58,159 nt of DNA from Catajapyx aquilonaris (taxonomy: Eukaryota): NCBI GenBank assembly GCA_000934665.2, contig JYFJ02002370.1, forward strand, positions 1 through 58,159, read 5' to 3'. The number at the start of each line of letters is the position of its first letter. The stretch's first letter is position 1. The position numbers were made by a program, and so were the translations under genes. Positions 13,540-25,592 of the stretch are shown here, in pieces. A model generated the notes under the pieces. The model had not been told where the DNA came from, made no database searches, and was given only the letters and a program-made list of their open reading frames with translations.

Positions 13540-13900
13540 ATAACCAAGTCAAAATTTTACTTGTGAATATAACAAGCGTTCATACTATTTCGCTTTCATA
13601 TGCCATAATTTCAAGTGGTTGTGACAGGGTCGTCATGCCTTGAATTCCACGAGCCATCTGTAGGGGTTCAATCTGTCGTACCTTCATTTGCCGTACCCGA
13701 ATTGTTTCTAGATACAATACCAGACATAAAGTGACGAACGAATCATTCTCGTCGCGGCCATGTTCATACGCCAGGGGCATATGTTCCATTGAAGAGAATG
13801 GCATAACTGATGTGTCAATCCCTCCTGCGAATCTCCATGATGTGGGGCACACAGTTTCCACAATTGTAAAAATGGTGATAATGTAGTCAATGTGCATGGT
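13540..13900 (-). repeat. Decayed repeat, paralogous to about 15270-15620; probable DNA-transposon coding remnant
   Basis: Shared anchors such as atgttccattgaagagaatggca / atattccattgaagataatggca and ctccatgatgtggggca / ctccataatgtggggca. Confidence 0.6.
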
Positions 13901-14753
13901 TATTAGGAATCACAATGTCTCAAATTGTGGGTAGGTTATATAATACTTTATAATATAATATACGAAATTAACACCAATATTTAAAGAACAAAACGCCAAT
14001 TCTCTCGAGTAAATCCATCGAGAACTTCTTCAATGTCTAATCCAATATTTTAATTCAACCTGAAGAAGAGTGCTGGACCACCTATTATCTTTCCATGTGC
14101 TATGAACAGGCGAGGGGCGATCCTCAATAGTGGTACTGTCAACTTCCTGTGAATTATTTCCACTGAATGCTCATGACAGTAACTCCTTCAATTGTGCTTA
14201 TTTACAATGAGTCATCTGTGAGCTTCTGGAGTCACTAACATTGCCAATATAACACGAGTGTGTCTTCCTCACATCCCTTGCGATTGAAGCTGGCGGATGG
14301 CGGGCTCGGATGGCGTCTTGTTTGTGAGGCGGGACAGGTTTGACCCTCGTGTCATCCTGATTACATTATGGTATTCGGCTGCTGGGATTCATTCATCTGT
14401 ATGGTTGTAATAGTCTAGGTACTCAACTAGAGAACGAAAATAGCAGTTACTATCATATGCGTGTGATTTTAAATTCACAATTTAGGTACCACAGCTGACC
14501 CACCGTATTTCTGTACTATTGTCCTTATGTGTTTGTGGTGTTAGTTTAAATCATCCTTGGCATCAGTGGAACGTATCTATAAATGCAGTCACGATACATT
14601 AGTAATGTTGGATATAGTAAACCAACCACCCAGAGGCCCTCCACTCCTTGGCCACCTAGAACAGCTGCCTTCTCACCTCCCGGGTATCCAGGGAAAAGTC
14701 TTCATCTACGTACAGACTGGGTCCGTTCATCTTCGGGCCTCCCGCAATCGCCG

Positions 14754-14818
14754 CAATAAGAACATGGGTCAGGATGTTGCTGTTTGAAAATGCCACATCC
14801 TGACCCATGTTCTTATTG
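14754..14818. repeat. Perfect 24-bp inverted repeat (hairpin) at a fragment junction
   Basis: caataagaacatgggtcaggatgt (14754-14777) and acatcctgacccatgttcttattg (14795-14818). Confidence 0.9.
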
Positions 14819-16980
14819 TCCTACTGTTATACATATTGCGTCTGGAAAAAATGTCTGATCAAAGGTGATACAGGAATGTGAACGATCATGTCACTTTAGA
14901 TTTACAAAAGTTTAGTTCCCTGATGAACTAAGAGGTGAACATATGACTTTATGAACATCACTATATACAGTGTAATTATCGTGTGACACACACCCACTCC
15001 CCATTAATTTGAGTGTACTCGAATGTTATGGAGCAAGTTACAAACCCAACTCTTCAGAAACTACGACAAAAACAAGATGAACAAGAAGCCATTCGTGTTG
15101 GGAATTTACTTCGTCCCAACTGACATGGAGGAAGTCCGACGAATCAAAAGAGAATTGGGAGAATAATACAGGTGAAGGACGCAATCAGGTGATGTTGTCC
15201 TTGTCTATGGACTGTAGATCCACATACTTGTATAATTTTGGTTGGGAGTGTTTCAGTGACTAAGAGACAAATCAAAATTTAACTTGTGAATATAACTACC
15301 GTTTATATTCCGCCTTAATTTGCCATATCTGCGGTTTGTTACTGACAGTGGAAAAGGGGAACCAACAGGGTTGTCCTTGTCTGGTCGTGTGTTCCCGAGG
15401 GAGGCGCCTTGAATTCCACTAGTCATCTGTTCAATCGATTTAAATTATGTCATACTCCATACCCGTCATTTACCATACTCGAATTCTTTTCTGGTACAGT
15501 ATGCAGTACCAGACATAAAATGACTAACTAGTCGTTTTCGTAAGCCCGGGGCAAATATTCCATTGAAGATAATGGCAACTCTGGGTCAATCCCTCCTACG
15601 ACTCTCCATAATGTGGGGCATTGAAATACCTGTCTTTCAGTTGGATCATCATGTGGTAAAGCAGGACGGTACCTGAATATTTCATGAACCTTAGATTTCC
15701 GTACAATGCATCACTGTCTTGATCGTAATCAAATTTCTCATCCATCTGGCAGAAGCAGTGATCGAGTGCCACCTTCTGCATGGAATTATGATCTCTTTCT
15801 GTTTAGCCGGTTCTTTCCAATAGTAGTGGTACTCGCCACATTTTGAGAAAATCTTTTGATCAGTCCAATTCAGACATGGTGGCTGAAATAACACACACAA
15901 TACGATATTACTGCAGGGTCTCAGTGGCCAATCGCAATAAAGATTAATTCTACCATCTTCAGCACTAATTTTGACATTGATCTATGTGGGTTGCTGTGTG
16001 GTTTACTATGTCCTTTTCTGAGATGTACAATAAATGCAGAATAGTCTTTTGACATATATGTCTAGAAATGTGATCGGCCAGCTAGTTGTCACAGTATGTT
16101 GCTCTCGTGTCTCGACCCAAGCCAATGTCAATAATGATGAAAAATGTCTGAAAAGTTGGAATGTTTGGATTCATATTTCGTGCCGAAAATTGTGTATGTG
16201 GCATAGTAGTTGTTCTACGTGGGCATGTGACTTCCATGGAACTCCCTTCCTTTGTAGCTTCCATGGCTGCATTTCCATTACTTCGTGACCCAGTAATACC
16301 TTGAACTGAAGTCGGGGTCTGAATAACGCATGGTAGCTTTGGTTTGCCCAATTTAGCGCGCCTGTACTTTGGCTTGTTATGTTACATGTGACATATATGA
16401 GTCAACTAAAGAGGAGTTAACAATGGGACTTGTCAGCGTGACCATTTGCTGGCACACCGTCCTTTCCCAAGTCACGTTCTGTTGTGGTCAACTCTAATGA
16501 CTGAAGTGGAATGGCAAGTTGCTGAAATGGATTACACTTTGGTTTTTGTAGCAATTGATTGGATTTGCTGCTTGTGGCGATTATAATAACTTATGCACAC
16601 AAACAAACACAAACAGGGAAGTCAAACAGGAGCAAGTGCATCACAAGTATATCACATCCCAGACGGCTTTTCTTTTAATGATTTAAAACAGTGGGTTTGG
16701 TATGGGTCATCCTATGTGTCCAGATAGCTACACAGAAATAGTGGAATATTAGACTGACACGACTGTATATTGGGCACATTCGTATTTGCTGATTGCTTAG
16801 GATACCAGCGTGCCTGTTGGTCAGGCCTTGTGCACATAGTGTGTCGAATTCTACTAGAGTTTCACTATCCAGGGCGAGTCGCGTTCTTCTGGGTCTTGTA
16901 GCCTACTGTCGGCGTTGAAATGCTGGGAATCTTATTGCCCTTCCCATTATAGGCATAGGGGCTTTCAATCAATCCATTAA

Positions 16981-17163
16981 AGGCCCATTCACACAGGCCG
17001 CCGACGGTTTTGGTTTTTGGTCGCGTTGACCCTGCGGACCAATCATGACCCATGTAAACAAGCTCTAAACAATGGGTTGTGCTTGTTTACATGAGTCATG
17101 ATTGGTCCGCGGTGTCAACGCGACCAAAAACCAAAACCGTCGACGGCCTGTGTGAATGGGCCT
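16981..17163. mobile_element. Fold-back MITE, probably PIF/Harbinger
   Basis: About 84-bp near-perfect inverted arms, AGGCCCATTCACACAGGCCG... to ...CGGCCTGTGTGAATGGGCCT, flanked by TAA and TTA. Confidence 0.85.
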
Positions 17164-18389
17164 TTACAAGAACAACAACAACAACACCGCCATATCCCTA
17201 TAACGGGTAGTTGGAGCATTACAATAGGATAATACGATCATGTGTGGTGAACAGGAGAGAAATGGCCCTCAACATATCAAAGTGGACCGGTCCTGTGAAC
17301 CTGATGATATGGTTGCTCACAGATATTTTGTGATAATAATTCCTGCGTGTGTGCCAATTTAATGATGATGTAAAACATTGTTCACAATGGATTCATGGAT
17401 ATTCCTGGTGGAACTGGCCATAGATCGCTCATGGAGCATAATCTTCCAGGATTCTAGTTCGGATAAAATAATGATGGTCAGAAATCCAGTTAAACTGAAG
17501 ATGAATTCAGGTGTTCGAGATTGTGTGCTGCAGTACGTTCAAGTCAGTCGATTTGAACACTTTAGACGGCCTAACGTGTAGTGGCATAAATGCTGTGATA
17601 ATAATGCAATACTATAATACTATATTATCAATCTCCTCCACTGCAGTGGGTCATCAGACAATAAAAACAATAAGAACCAATAAGAAACCGTTCTGATTGT
17701 GGCCGAGGGAGAAATAATTTAAATCTGTAGGCACAATTATTATGAACACACTATGGTAGTCGGCTGGGATTTTCATTTTTATGTAGGTGCTGGTAGTGAT
17801 ATTATTTGTCTCGTCGCTATAGAAAAGTCCTGGGAAGTGGTTGAAACTGAGCCTTCCTCCGCCTTCAGCGCCTGCACCTTAGTCATCTCGTGGTTCTTTT
17901 GCCTTTCCTTCTTCTCGATCTTTTTTCCTGGTCCGAAAGAAAGTAGGCTACTATTGTTACAACATACAATCATTTTCTGACCTGTCGGCTGTGTCCATGA
18001 AGAGATGTTGGACCTACTTTGGAGCCGTGTGCGAGTGCGAAGGCGGAGACATGTTAAGAGGGTCTGGCAGTGAATGGGGACTTCTTAAAACAAACAAAAA
18101 AATAACAATGAGCTAAAAGGTTTCTGTCAAAATTCGTGTGGAAAACTTGTGAACATGTTTGCAAATTAACGTTGAAACGTTGATTGATTTAGATTGCCTG
18201 GGAACTGCAAGTTGTCTGGCGGAATATACGGAGTCAGAAGCGTAGTCGTCAGAATTTACCTTGCGCACGTTTACGCAACGTGGGGACGAATTTTTAGTAC
18301 CGGTATTGAGTTTTACCTGCCACTATTAATGGTATGGGAGGAATTTATGGACATGATCTTATCCCTTGTCGGTCAAAAAAGACTGGCTT

Positions 18390-18965
18390 CCTTGGAGTCT
18401 AATTATGGACAGGAGCTGACAGTAGGGCACTACCCAACTGTTGTCAACATTGAGATGTATTGGTCTGGACTTAATTTCAACTGACACCCGTCCATTCTCT
18501 GGAGAACGACGCCTATATGTTGGGTAACCATTTTGTCCGGTGCAAGTCTCATTCACAGACATCTCTTTTGCCATTCGATGGAGTACATATGACAGGCGCT
18601 GGCTTCTCCTTAGTCAGTAAGTTCATAAGGCTGATGACTTTCAACCTGAAGACCCTGCAAACGATGTCATACCTATCGTAAGACTTCTGATTAGGCATTA
18701 GCACATCCGTTATGTCACTCCAGTTTGGATTGCAAGTAAAAGTAATGAAAAGTTCAGGCCGACGATACTTCCTGACATACGTCATGGCGTCTTGTGTCCT
18801 TTCATGCATGTATCTCGGTCCGACGGTGAATGATGATGGAAGGATGACCAGTTGACCAACATTTTGCTCATTACCATCCGCGTTTATGGCGTCCATCAAA
18901 TGAATATAATTTTCAACATGTTCAAACGCTATTATTCTTGGCAATTATATGGCCTACGAGGGATA
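18390..18965 (-). mobile_element. Helitron Rep/helicase fragment (Helitron_like_N region)
   Basis: ENYIHLMDAINADG..VGQLVILPSSFTVGPRYMHERTQDAMTYVRKYRRPELFITFTCNPNW, then GQNGYPTYRRRSPENG..VDNSWVVPY. Confidence 0.93.
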
Positions 18966-19212
18966 CAAGCAAGTAGAAAAGTCGGTCCCTTCATATTTCC
19001 AGCAGCGCCAAGCGGAAACGTGACATTATTTTACTTGTTTCTCATAGCCTCACGCCCCCCCCCCCGCCCCCCCCGGTTGGGAACAGGGATGTAAATAATT
19101 ATTATGTATGACGGTCTGTCTCCCCCCACTAATGACACTGTCTCTGGTGGTACAATTAATTAAATAAATAAATGAATATAATATAATTTTCCACCAGAAG
19201 TTTTTTCTGATT

Positions 19213-19980
19213 CGCTACACCTTTTCGTCTACTTCTTCGTCTACTTCTTCGTCTAATTCTTCGTCTACTTCTTGAGTAGTGCCCCAGGCGAGGTGTCCTA
19301 CTATGTTGGCTGTTATAACCTCCTCTTCCAGATCGCTGGTCGGACCCCAGCGGCGGGACACGGTGTCGTAAAAATAGGGACAGGCGCGGTGGAAATCCCG
19401 TCGTTGGATGGTATGGTGTTTGTAGTGGAGACGTACCTCTTCGGTTCTAACAGGGTTGGGGATGAGGTCAGATAGGTCCCACGCTGGTTTCTGCTTATCC
19501 TTACTCGGCTGCTCTTCTCCTGGATACGCTTCCCACAGATCACTGTGGAACCTTTTCTTCTACGTCAGGGTCAATGGTGGGGGTGTCGATGGCAGGTAAT
19601 ACGGTGAAGACGACGATGCGACATCTTCTTCATCCGAGGAAATGTATCCAAAGAGTTCTTCGGACAGTCTGTTTCTTGCCTCTTCTGCTCCCTCCTCTGG
19701 CTGCAATGGTGCTGAGAGACAGCCGTTTCAGCTGATGGTGTGAGAGGTGGTGAAGTAGGTGATGGTGATGAGCCAGGGGGTGATGGTGATGAGCCAGGGG
19801 GTGATGGTGGTGATGGTGGTGATGGTGGTGATGGTGATGAATCAGGAGATGGTACGGTAGCGGAAGAGTCCCCCCCCTTCTCCTGAGCTTCGACTTCTTC
19901 CCCATTTTTGAGACTAAGTTACTCTCGAACTCTACTCTTCGAACTCTACTCTTTGAATGACTAGATTGTTTATACTAGCA
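19213..19980 (-). pseudogene. Disrupted Pro/Ser-rich, acidic-tailed ORF with a compact TATA-initiator promoter (viral or Polinton-like accessory gene?)
   Basis: Minus strand reads AGTATAAAcaatctAGTCATTC upstream of ATG 19905 (MGKKSKLRRR). With two frameshifts and one stop it continues through (SPP)n, EELFGYISSDEED and ends EVDEELDEEVDEEVDEKV*. Confidence 0.35.
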
Positions 19981-20093
19981 CAACAGTACCCTTGGTAGTC
20001 ATAGTGACTACTGTTTCCAAACCATAGAACACTTTTGTTGCAGAGGTTACATGTTGTCATGGAAATTAAACAACTGGATTTGGTAATAATATA

Positions 20094-20557
20094 AGGCGTA
20101 TTCGGCAATTCAGAAATCTGACTTCCTGGGCTGTTTGGATGTTCGGCAAATCAGGTGCCACGCCCCCTGAAGTAAGTGCGCATGCGCCCTACCTGACTTC
20201 CCAAGCTCAGGAACTTAGTGTACTCCTGACCTGACTTACTTGCTGAGAAACAATTAACAAACAAATTATTGTTATGGATGCAGCAGTGTTGCCAATGCAA
20301 AATGATCAAAAATCCCGCGAGAGGACCTGAAAATACCCGATTTTACCCGCATTTTCATTTTACCCGCACCATTACCCGCAAGCGTCCGAAATACGGCACC
20401 GAAATGCCCGAACGTTGGCATATCACTGGGATGCAGCACAGGCGGGTAGGGGGGTCTCTCAGTTCGGCCGTTCGGCAATAATCTTCTGAGGGGCAGGGCT
20501 AACAACTCAGATATCACGTGACCCATCTCAGAATAATCTGAATTGCCGAATACGCCT
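20094..20557 (+). mobile_element. 464-bp MITE, PIF/Harbinger-like, copy 1
   Basis: TIRs AGGCGTATTCGGCAATTCAGA / TCTGAATTGCCGAATACGCCT; 3-bp TSD ATA/ATA. Confidence 0.92.
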
Positions 20558-20782
20558 ATAGTTTCGAATGAAAAAGAGGCGTTCAGTTTCCATTTTTGAC
20601 GTACATGTCGATCCAATATTGGTTAAGAAGTTGCCTAAAGAAATGCAAATGGTTCATCTGACCATTTCTTGCCATGAGCCGATATGAGTAAAAAGTTCGT
20701 TGTGGAGACTGTTTTTGGGCGGTCGGTACTCGGTAAAACATGCCCGATGTTCTATTGTTTTCCTTGTTGATTATAGAATATT

Positions 20783-21713
20783 AGGCGTATTCGGCAATTT
20801 AGATTATTCTGAGATGCGTCACGTGATATCTGAGTTGTTAGCCCTGCCCCTCAGAAGATTATTGCCGAACGGCCGAACTGAGAGACCCCCCTACCCGCCT
20901 GTGCTGCATCCAAGTGATATGCCAATGTTCGGGTATTTCGGTGCCGTATTTCGGACGCTTGCGGGTAATGGTGCAGGTAAAATGAAAATGCGGGTACAAT
21001 CGGGTATTTTCAGGTCCTCTCGCGGGGTTTTGGGGCATTTTGCATTGGCAACACTGCTGCATCCATAACAATAGGCGTATTCGGCAATTCAGAAATCTGA
21101 CTTCCTGGGCTGTTTGGATGTTCGGCAAACCAGGTGCCACGCCCCCTGAAGTAAGTGCGCATGCGCCCTACCTGACTTCCCAAGCTCAGGAACTTAGTGT
21201 ACTCCTGACCTGACTTACTTGCTGAGAAACAATTAACAAACAAATTATTATTATGGATGCAGCAGTGTTGCCAATGCAAAATGACCAAAAACCCCGCGAG
21301 AGGACCTGAAAATACCCGATTGTACCCGCATTTTCATTTTACCTGCACCATTACCCGCAAGCGTCCGAAATACGGCACCGAAATACCCGAACATTGGCAT
21401 ATCACTTGGATGCAGCACAGGCGGGTAGGGGGGTCTCTCAGTTCGGCCGTTCGGCAATAATCTTCTGAGGGGCAGGGCTAACAACTCAGATATCACGTGA
21501 CGCATCTCAGAATAATCTGAATTGCCGAATACGCCTAATAATTTGTTTGTTAATTGTCTCTCAGCAAGTAAGTCAGGTCAGGAGTACACTAAGTTCCTGA
21601 GCTTGGGAAGTCAGGTAGGGCGCATGCGCACTTACTTCAGGGGGCGTGGCACCTGGTTTGCCGAACATCCAAACAGCCCAGGAAGTCAGATTTCTGAATT
21701 GCCGAATACGCCT
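20783..21713 (-). mobile_element. Same MITE in inverted orientation, interrupted by a third copy
   Basis: The two halves 20783-21072 and 21537-21713 together form the reverse complement of 20094-20557. Flanks ATT/AGT. Confidence 0.9.
21073..21536 (+). mobile_element. Same MITE nested inside the inverted copy
   Basis: Full TIRs. 3-bp TSD AAT/AAT created in the host-MITE sequence cataacAATaatttg. Confidence 0.92.
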
Positions 21714-24700
21714 AGTGATTATTTTCGAAAGTAGGTAGGTGAAGTGAAAGCCTTACGTTTGGTTGTTGTCAGCAAAGGTTGCTGATAACCGACTTAGACT
21801 TTTTTTAAAAAAAGTGCAGTTTCTGGACTTTTTCCGGAAACACCGAAAGGTAAGACATGGATGGGTCAAATTTCAGTGATCTCCGTACTCAGGAAGTGGG
21901 TTAAATAGGCATACATATGTACAAACTTTGAGCTTTATATTAATAAGGATACAGTATGACTTATACTTGTGGGAAGTGTCTGGGAGGAGGGAGACGGGGC
22001 TGTTGCGAATGTCTTTCCAAAATTATGTCAGTGTTTTTACTATATCGTCCTCATTTTGGTCGAATTGAAGCCCCTGCATGAAATCCTCCAGAGTCGGAGT
22101 GGATCCTCAATTTCTCAATGATGGGGGCCTTCCATAACTCTATGCGTTCAAAATACTTTTCAGAAGATCTCTCTTACATGCACCGATGACCCGGGGTCAT
22201 ATCACCTTCCTTGGGTTGACTTTCTTGGCTTAGGAGGCAGACCAAGTATTTTCTCTTCTTTCTTCTCTTTGTTTATGTCGCTGTCCTATTCATTTTTAGC
22301 TATCCTATTATGGATGGATGACGTTATCTGAGGGCTTATTTCTTTGTTCAGCCAAGTTGCCCCTTTCTTTTCTGCAGGCTCATCTTTTGGGATAGGGGGA
22401 CTGCAGCTTAGTCCCCTAGAAAGCTATCTGCAAATAATACTTTCCAGAGTTGTCATTATTTTAATAAACGAAAACTTGGGCTCCCTCCCGCTTGATATTG
22501 CATATTTTGGCCTATATCGTCGAATATTATTACATTGTCACCCACTTCCGTGATGACTTCGTGGTTATCTTGCATGGGTGGCGGGCAAGGAGGATATTTA
22601 AATATATAACTGAAATCTGATCACAAATGTGAAAGTTGGATTACTGCCTTTAGTAGTAGTTGGTCAGGGACATAAAACCATTTTTAGTGATCAACCAATG
22701 TATGGCTTACGTCTTCCATGTTGGACAGGTGAAAATACCACATTCTGACCCATGTTATTATTGTGTTACTGTTATATTTTGCGCCATGGAACAATAATGT
22801 CTGATCAAAGGTGGTACTACAGTATTTTGTGAGGCATAACGTCGATGTCATCCGTTTCATTTTCAATGCTCCACGTGAAGCTTGTACAATATAATGAACC
22901 TGAAAATGTAGCTGGTTGTACATTGGCTACCAGCTTGTACTGGCATCTGGCAGGTCCACATTTGACTCAGTCTTCCTCACTCTAGGTCCTGTCGCAGTTG
23001 ATGATATAGTTTCGGAGTCGTAATCAGGTGATTGTGCAACTTTATGTTCGAATTGTCACTGTATATTCTTCAGATATTCTGTGAACTTCCGATATGCGCT
23101 AGACAGGCAAAGATAAACTACTCTTTTTTTCTTCCCTTCGTTTCTATATCCAGTCAGTCGAACCCAACCCATCGTCCATCTTCCATTTTCGGCTTTTGTT
23201 TATTTTCATTATTTTTCCACGCTTATCATTTGTGATTCTAACTGTATTTTTGCTCAATAATAAAACCATTTGAATCACAATCTGAACATTTTATCTCTTT
23301 CATATTATTTAAACCCGTGCGAATGATGACGATGAACGCAGTTGAAGTTAGTGTCACGATTTATGGCATTACTGATAAGTACTCACAACCTAATTTGTAA
23401 CATCATTCGTCTCGACATTTGTTATTGATCTTTTTGATGAAACTCCAGATTGGTGGAAATAAATGCCAATATTCTTCCAAAAGTTCATTGCATTTTACAC
23501 ATGCAAGACTTCTGGAGAAGCAGCCTCATCTTCTTCCACCCTAATATTATGAACAGTGAATAATAGTACAGAGGAGCATCATTTCGTCCAGTTTCAAAGA
23601 TTCCTCCAGTAGCGTTATATCTTGCAATTGAGATTATGATTCAGGTGGACGTGGGATAATAATTATACTAATCGCTTACCGATTTAGTTCTTAAATATAT
23701 AATTGTCATTTACTAGCAATGTACTGGCAACAGGGTTTTATGTATGTTGGTACTGTCCTCATTGCATCGAATCGACGCTATTGGTGCCACAGGTACAGGA
23801 GGTTAGTGAGGTATTCTGGGTTACAGTGCATATCACTACTTACATGAAACATCTTCACTTTTTCCCTCATATGTGCTGAAGTGGGGTGTTTAGAGCATGC
23901 ATTTTTCACCTCAGGCCATCAGGAAGGGACAATGAAGAATTATTTGGCCAACTGATATGTGATTATCCCCAGTCAATACGCATTTGTCTGACTGGCTATG
24001 TACGTAGAATGAACGGTGAATGTTATGTCTATATTTATCTACATACATGTTATCATGAAGCTGGCCTCATGCGAGATTGATGGTGACATTTCCATTTTCC
24101 TTTGTCATCAAGTACTGGGTCAGCTTAGAACCTGATGAGACTTTCCATATACCTAGGCAAGTTATGGCCTGTTCAGACAAATATTGGTTTTCAAATGACA
24201 AGGGGCGACAAAAACATGACGGAGTAACTATGCTGCTACAGGTTAGTCAGCAGTTGTGTGCTAACTTCACTATCCGTTAGAAGGTTAGATCCATGGACTG
24301 TTGCAATGTCAGGAAAATAAATATTTGGCATGTGACGAAGATCATTATTTTGGGAAGGTAATTTCTAATGGGATCTGGAACTTTGTGTGGCAATTAGTAA
24401 TGACAGCAATGTTGATCGATGCATTCCTTGCGGCTCTCTATAGAGTATGTAATGGAGATAATATACTGTATAATTATAAAAAAGTTGCCGAAGAGAACAG
24501 TGACTTCAGATAAAAGAATCATGTACTGCCCCAGGATATCTGGCTGAGATTAGAGTGTTCTTACCGACATTTCTATTGATGTGCAGGTTCTATGGTCAGC
24601 TAATGAAGTGTGGATCCTGAAGTTCCCAATAAAACATCTCACTTACTTATTGCGGTGTCGAACAGGTCCGGAAAATATAGGACTTTTCGCCTTACCGTTG

Positions 24701-25592
24701 TTGCATGCGAAAGTTGGTCTGTCAGTCCTAAACCCATAATGTTTCCGATAGAAACTTGTGTTGGGCGACCGTAACTACCATCATTACAATGGTACGGTTG
24801 GTTGGGTTGAGTTATATTAGGTTAGGTTAAAATAAAGTTCAAGCGAGGTAACTTTCAGTCAAAATAGATTATTGAAGTTGCAGGTACATGGTTCAAGTAC
24901 AAACTTTTCACTAACGGGTGTAACAGTTACATGTTTTGGTTTAGGATAGTTGGTACACTGTTTCACTTTGTCTAGTATACTGTATGGTTCACAATGACAA
25001 ACTGTTCACTGTTTTTCACTGTGGTAGTTTTTGTCACAAGACCGGTTTCGTGTCTAGCCCTCTTCAGTTGTGATTTTAGCATTTGTTGTAGCGATTTATT
25101 ACATTATTTATATTAATTTATTTCTGTGAGTAACTATAATACTATATTATCAATCTCCTCCACTGCAGTGGGTCATCAGACAATAAAAACAATAAGAACC
25201 AATAAGAAACCGTTCTGATTGTGGCCGAGGGAGAAATAATTTAAATCTGTAGGCACAATTATTATGAAGACGCTATGGTAGTCGGCTGGGATTTTCATTT
25301 TTATGCAGGTGCTGGTAGTGATATTATTTGTCTCGTCGCTATAAAAAAAGTCCTGGGAAATGGCTGAAACTGTGAGCCATCCTCCGCTTTCAGCTTCTGC
25401 ACCTTAGTCATCTCCTGGTTCTCTTGCCTTTCCTTCTTCTCGATCTTTTTTCCTGGTTCGAAAGAAAGTAGGCTACTATTATTACAACATACAATCATTT
25501 TCTGACCTGTCGGCTGTGTCCATGAAGAGAGGTTGGACCATCTTTGGAGCCGTGTGCGGGTGCGAAGGCGGAGACATGTTTAAGAGGGTCTG

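Larger units (their letters stand above)
17611..24460. repeat. Near-tandem segmental duplication, copy 1 (copy 2 at 25133-29890)
   Basis: Colinear high-identity blocks: 17611-18066 = 25133-25592; 18352-18997 = 26856-27502; 20561-20745 = 27577-27765; 22215-23280 = 27845-28920. Block 23910-24460 is a more diverged match to 29480-29890. Confidence 0.9.

Noticed and set aside
19630..19905. Poly-histidine protein
   Set aside because: The His run is an alternative frame of the (tcacca)n repeat. A frameshift in the G8 run gives a more plausible Ser/Pro-rich frame.
20269..21734. Several repeated 70-120 aa ORFs resembling a gene family or CRISPR-like array
   Set aside because: All derive from three copies of one non-coding MITE. 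There are no regularly spaced short repeats with unique spacers and no cas genes.
24790..24830. TTAGG telomeric repeat
   Set aside because: Only two to three units (taggttaggtta). More consistent with a transposon subterminal motif.
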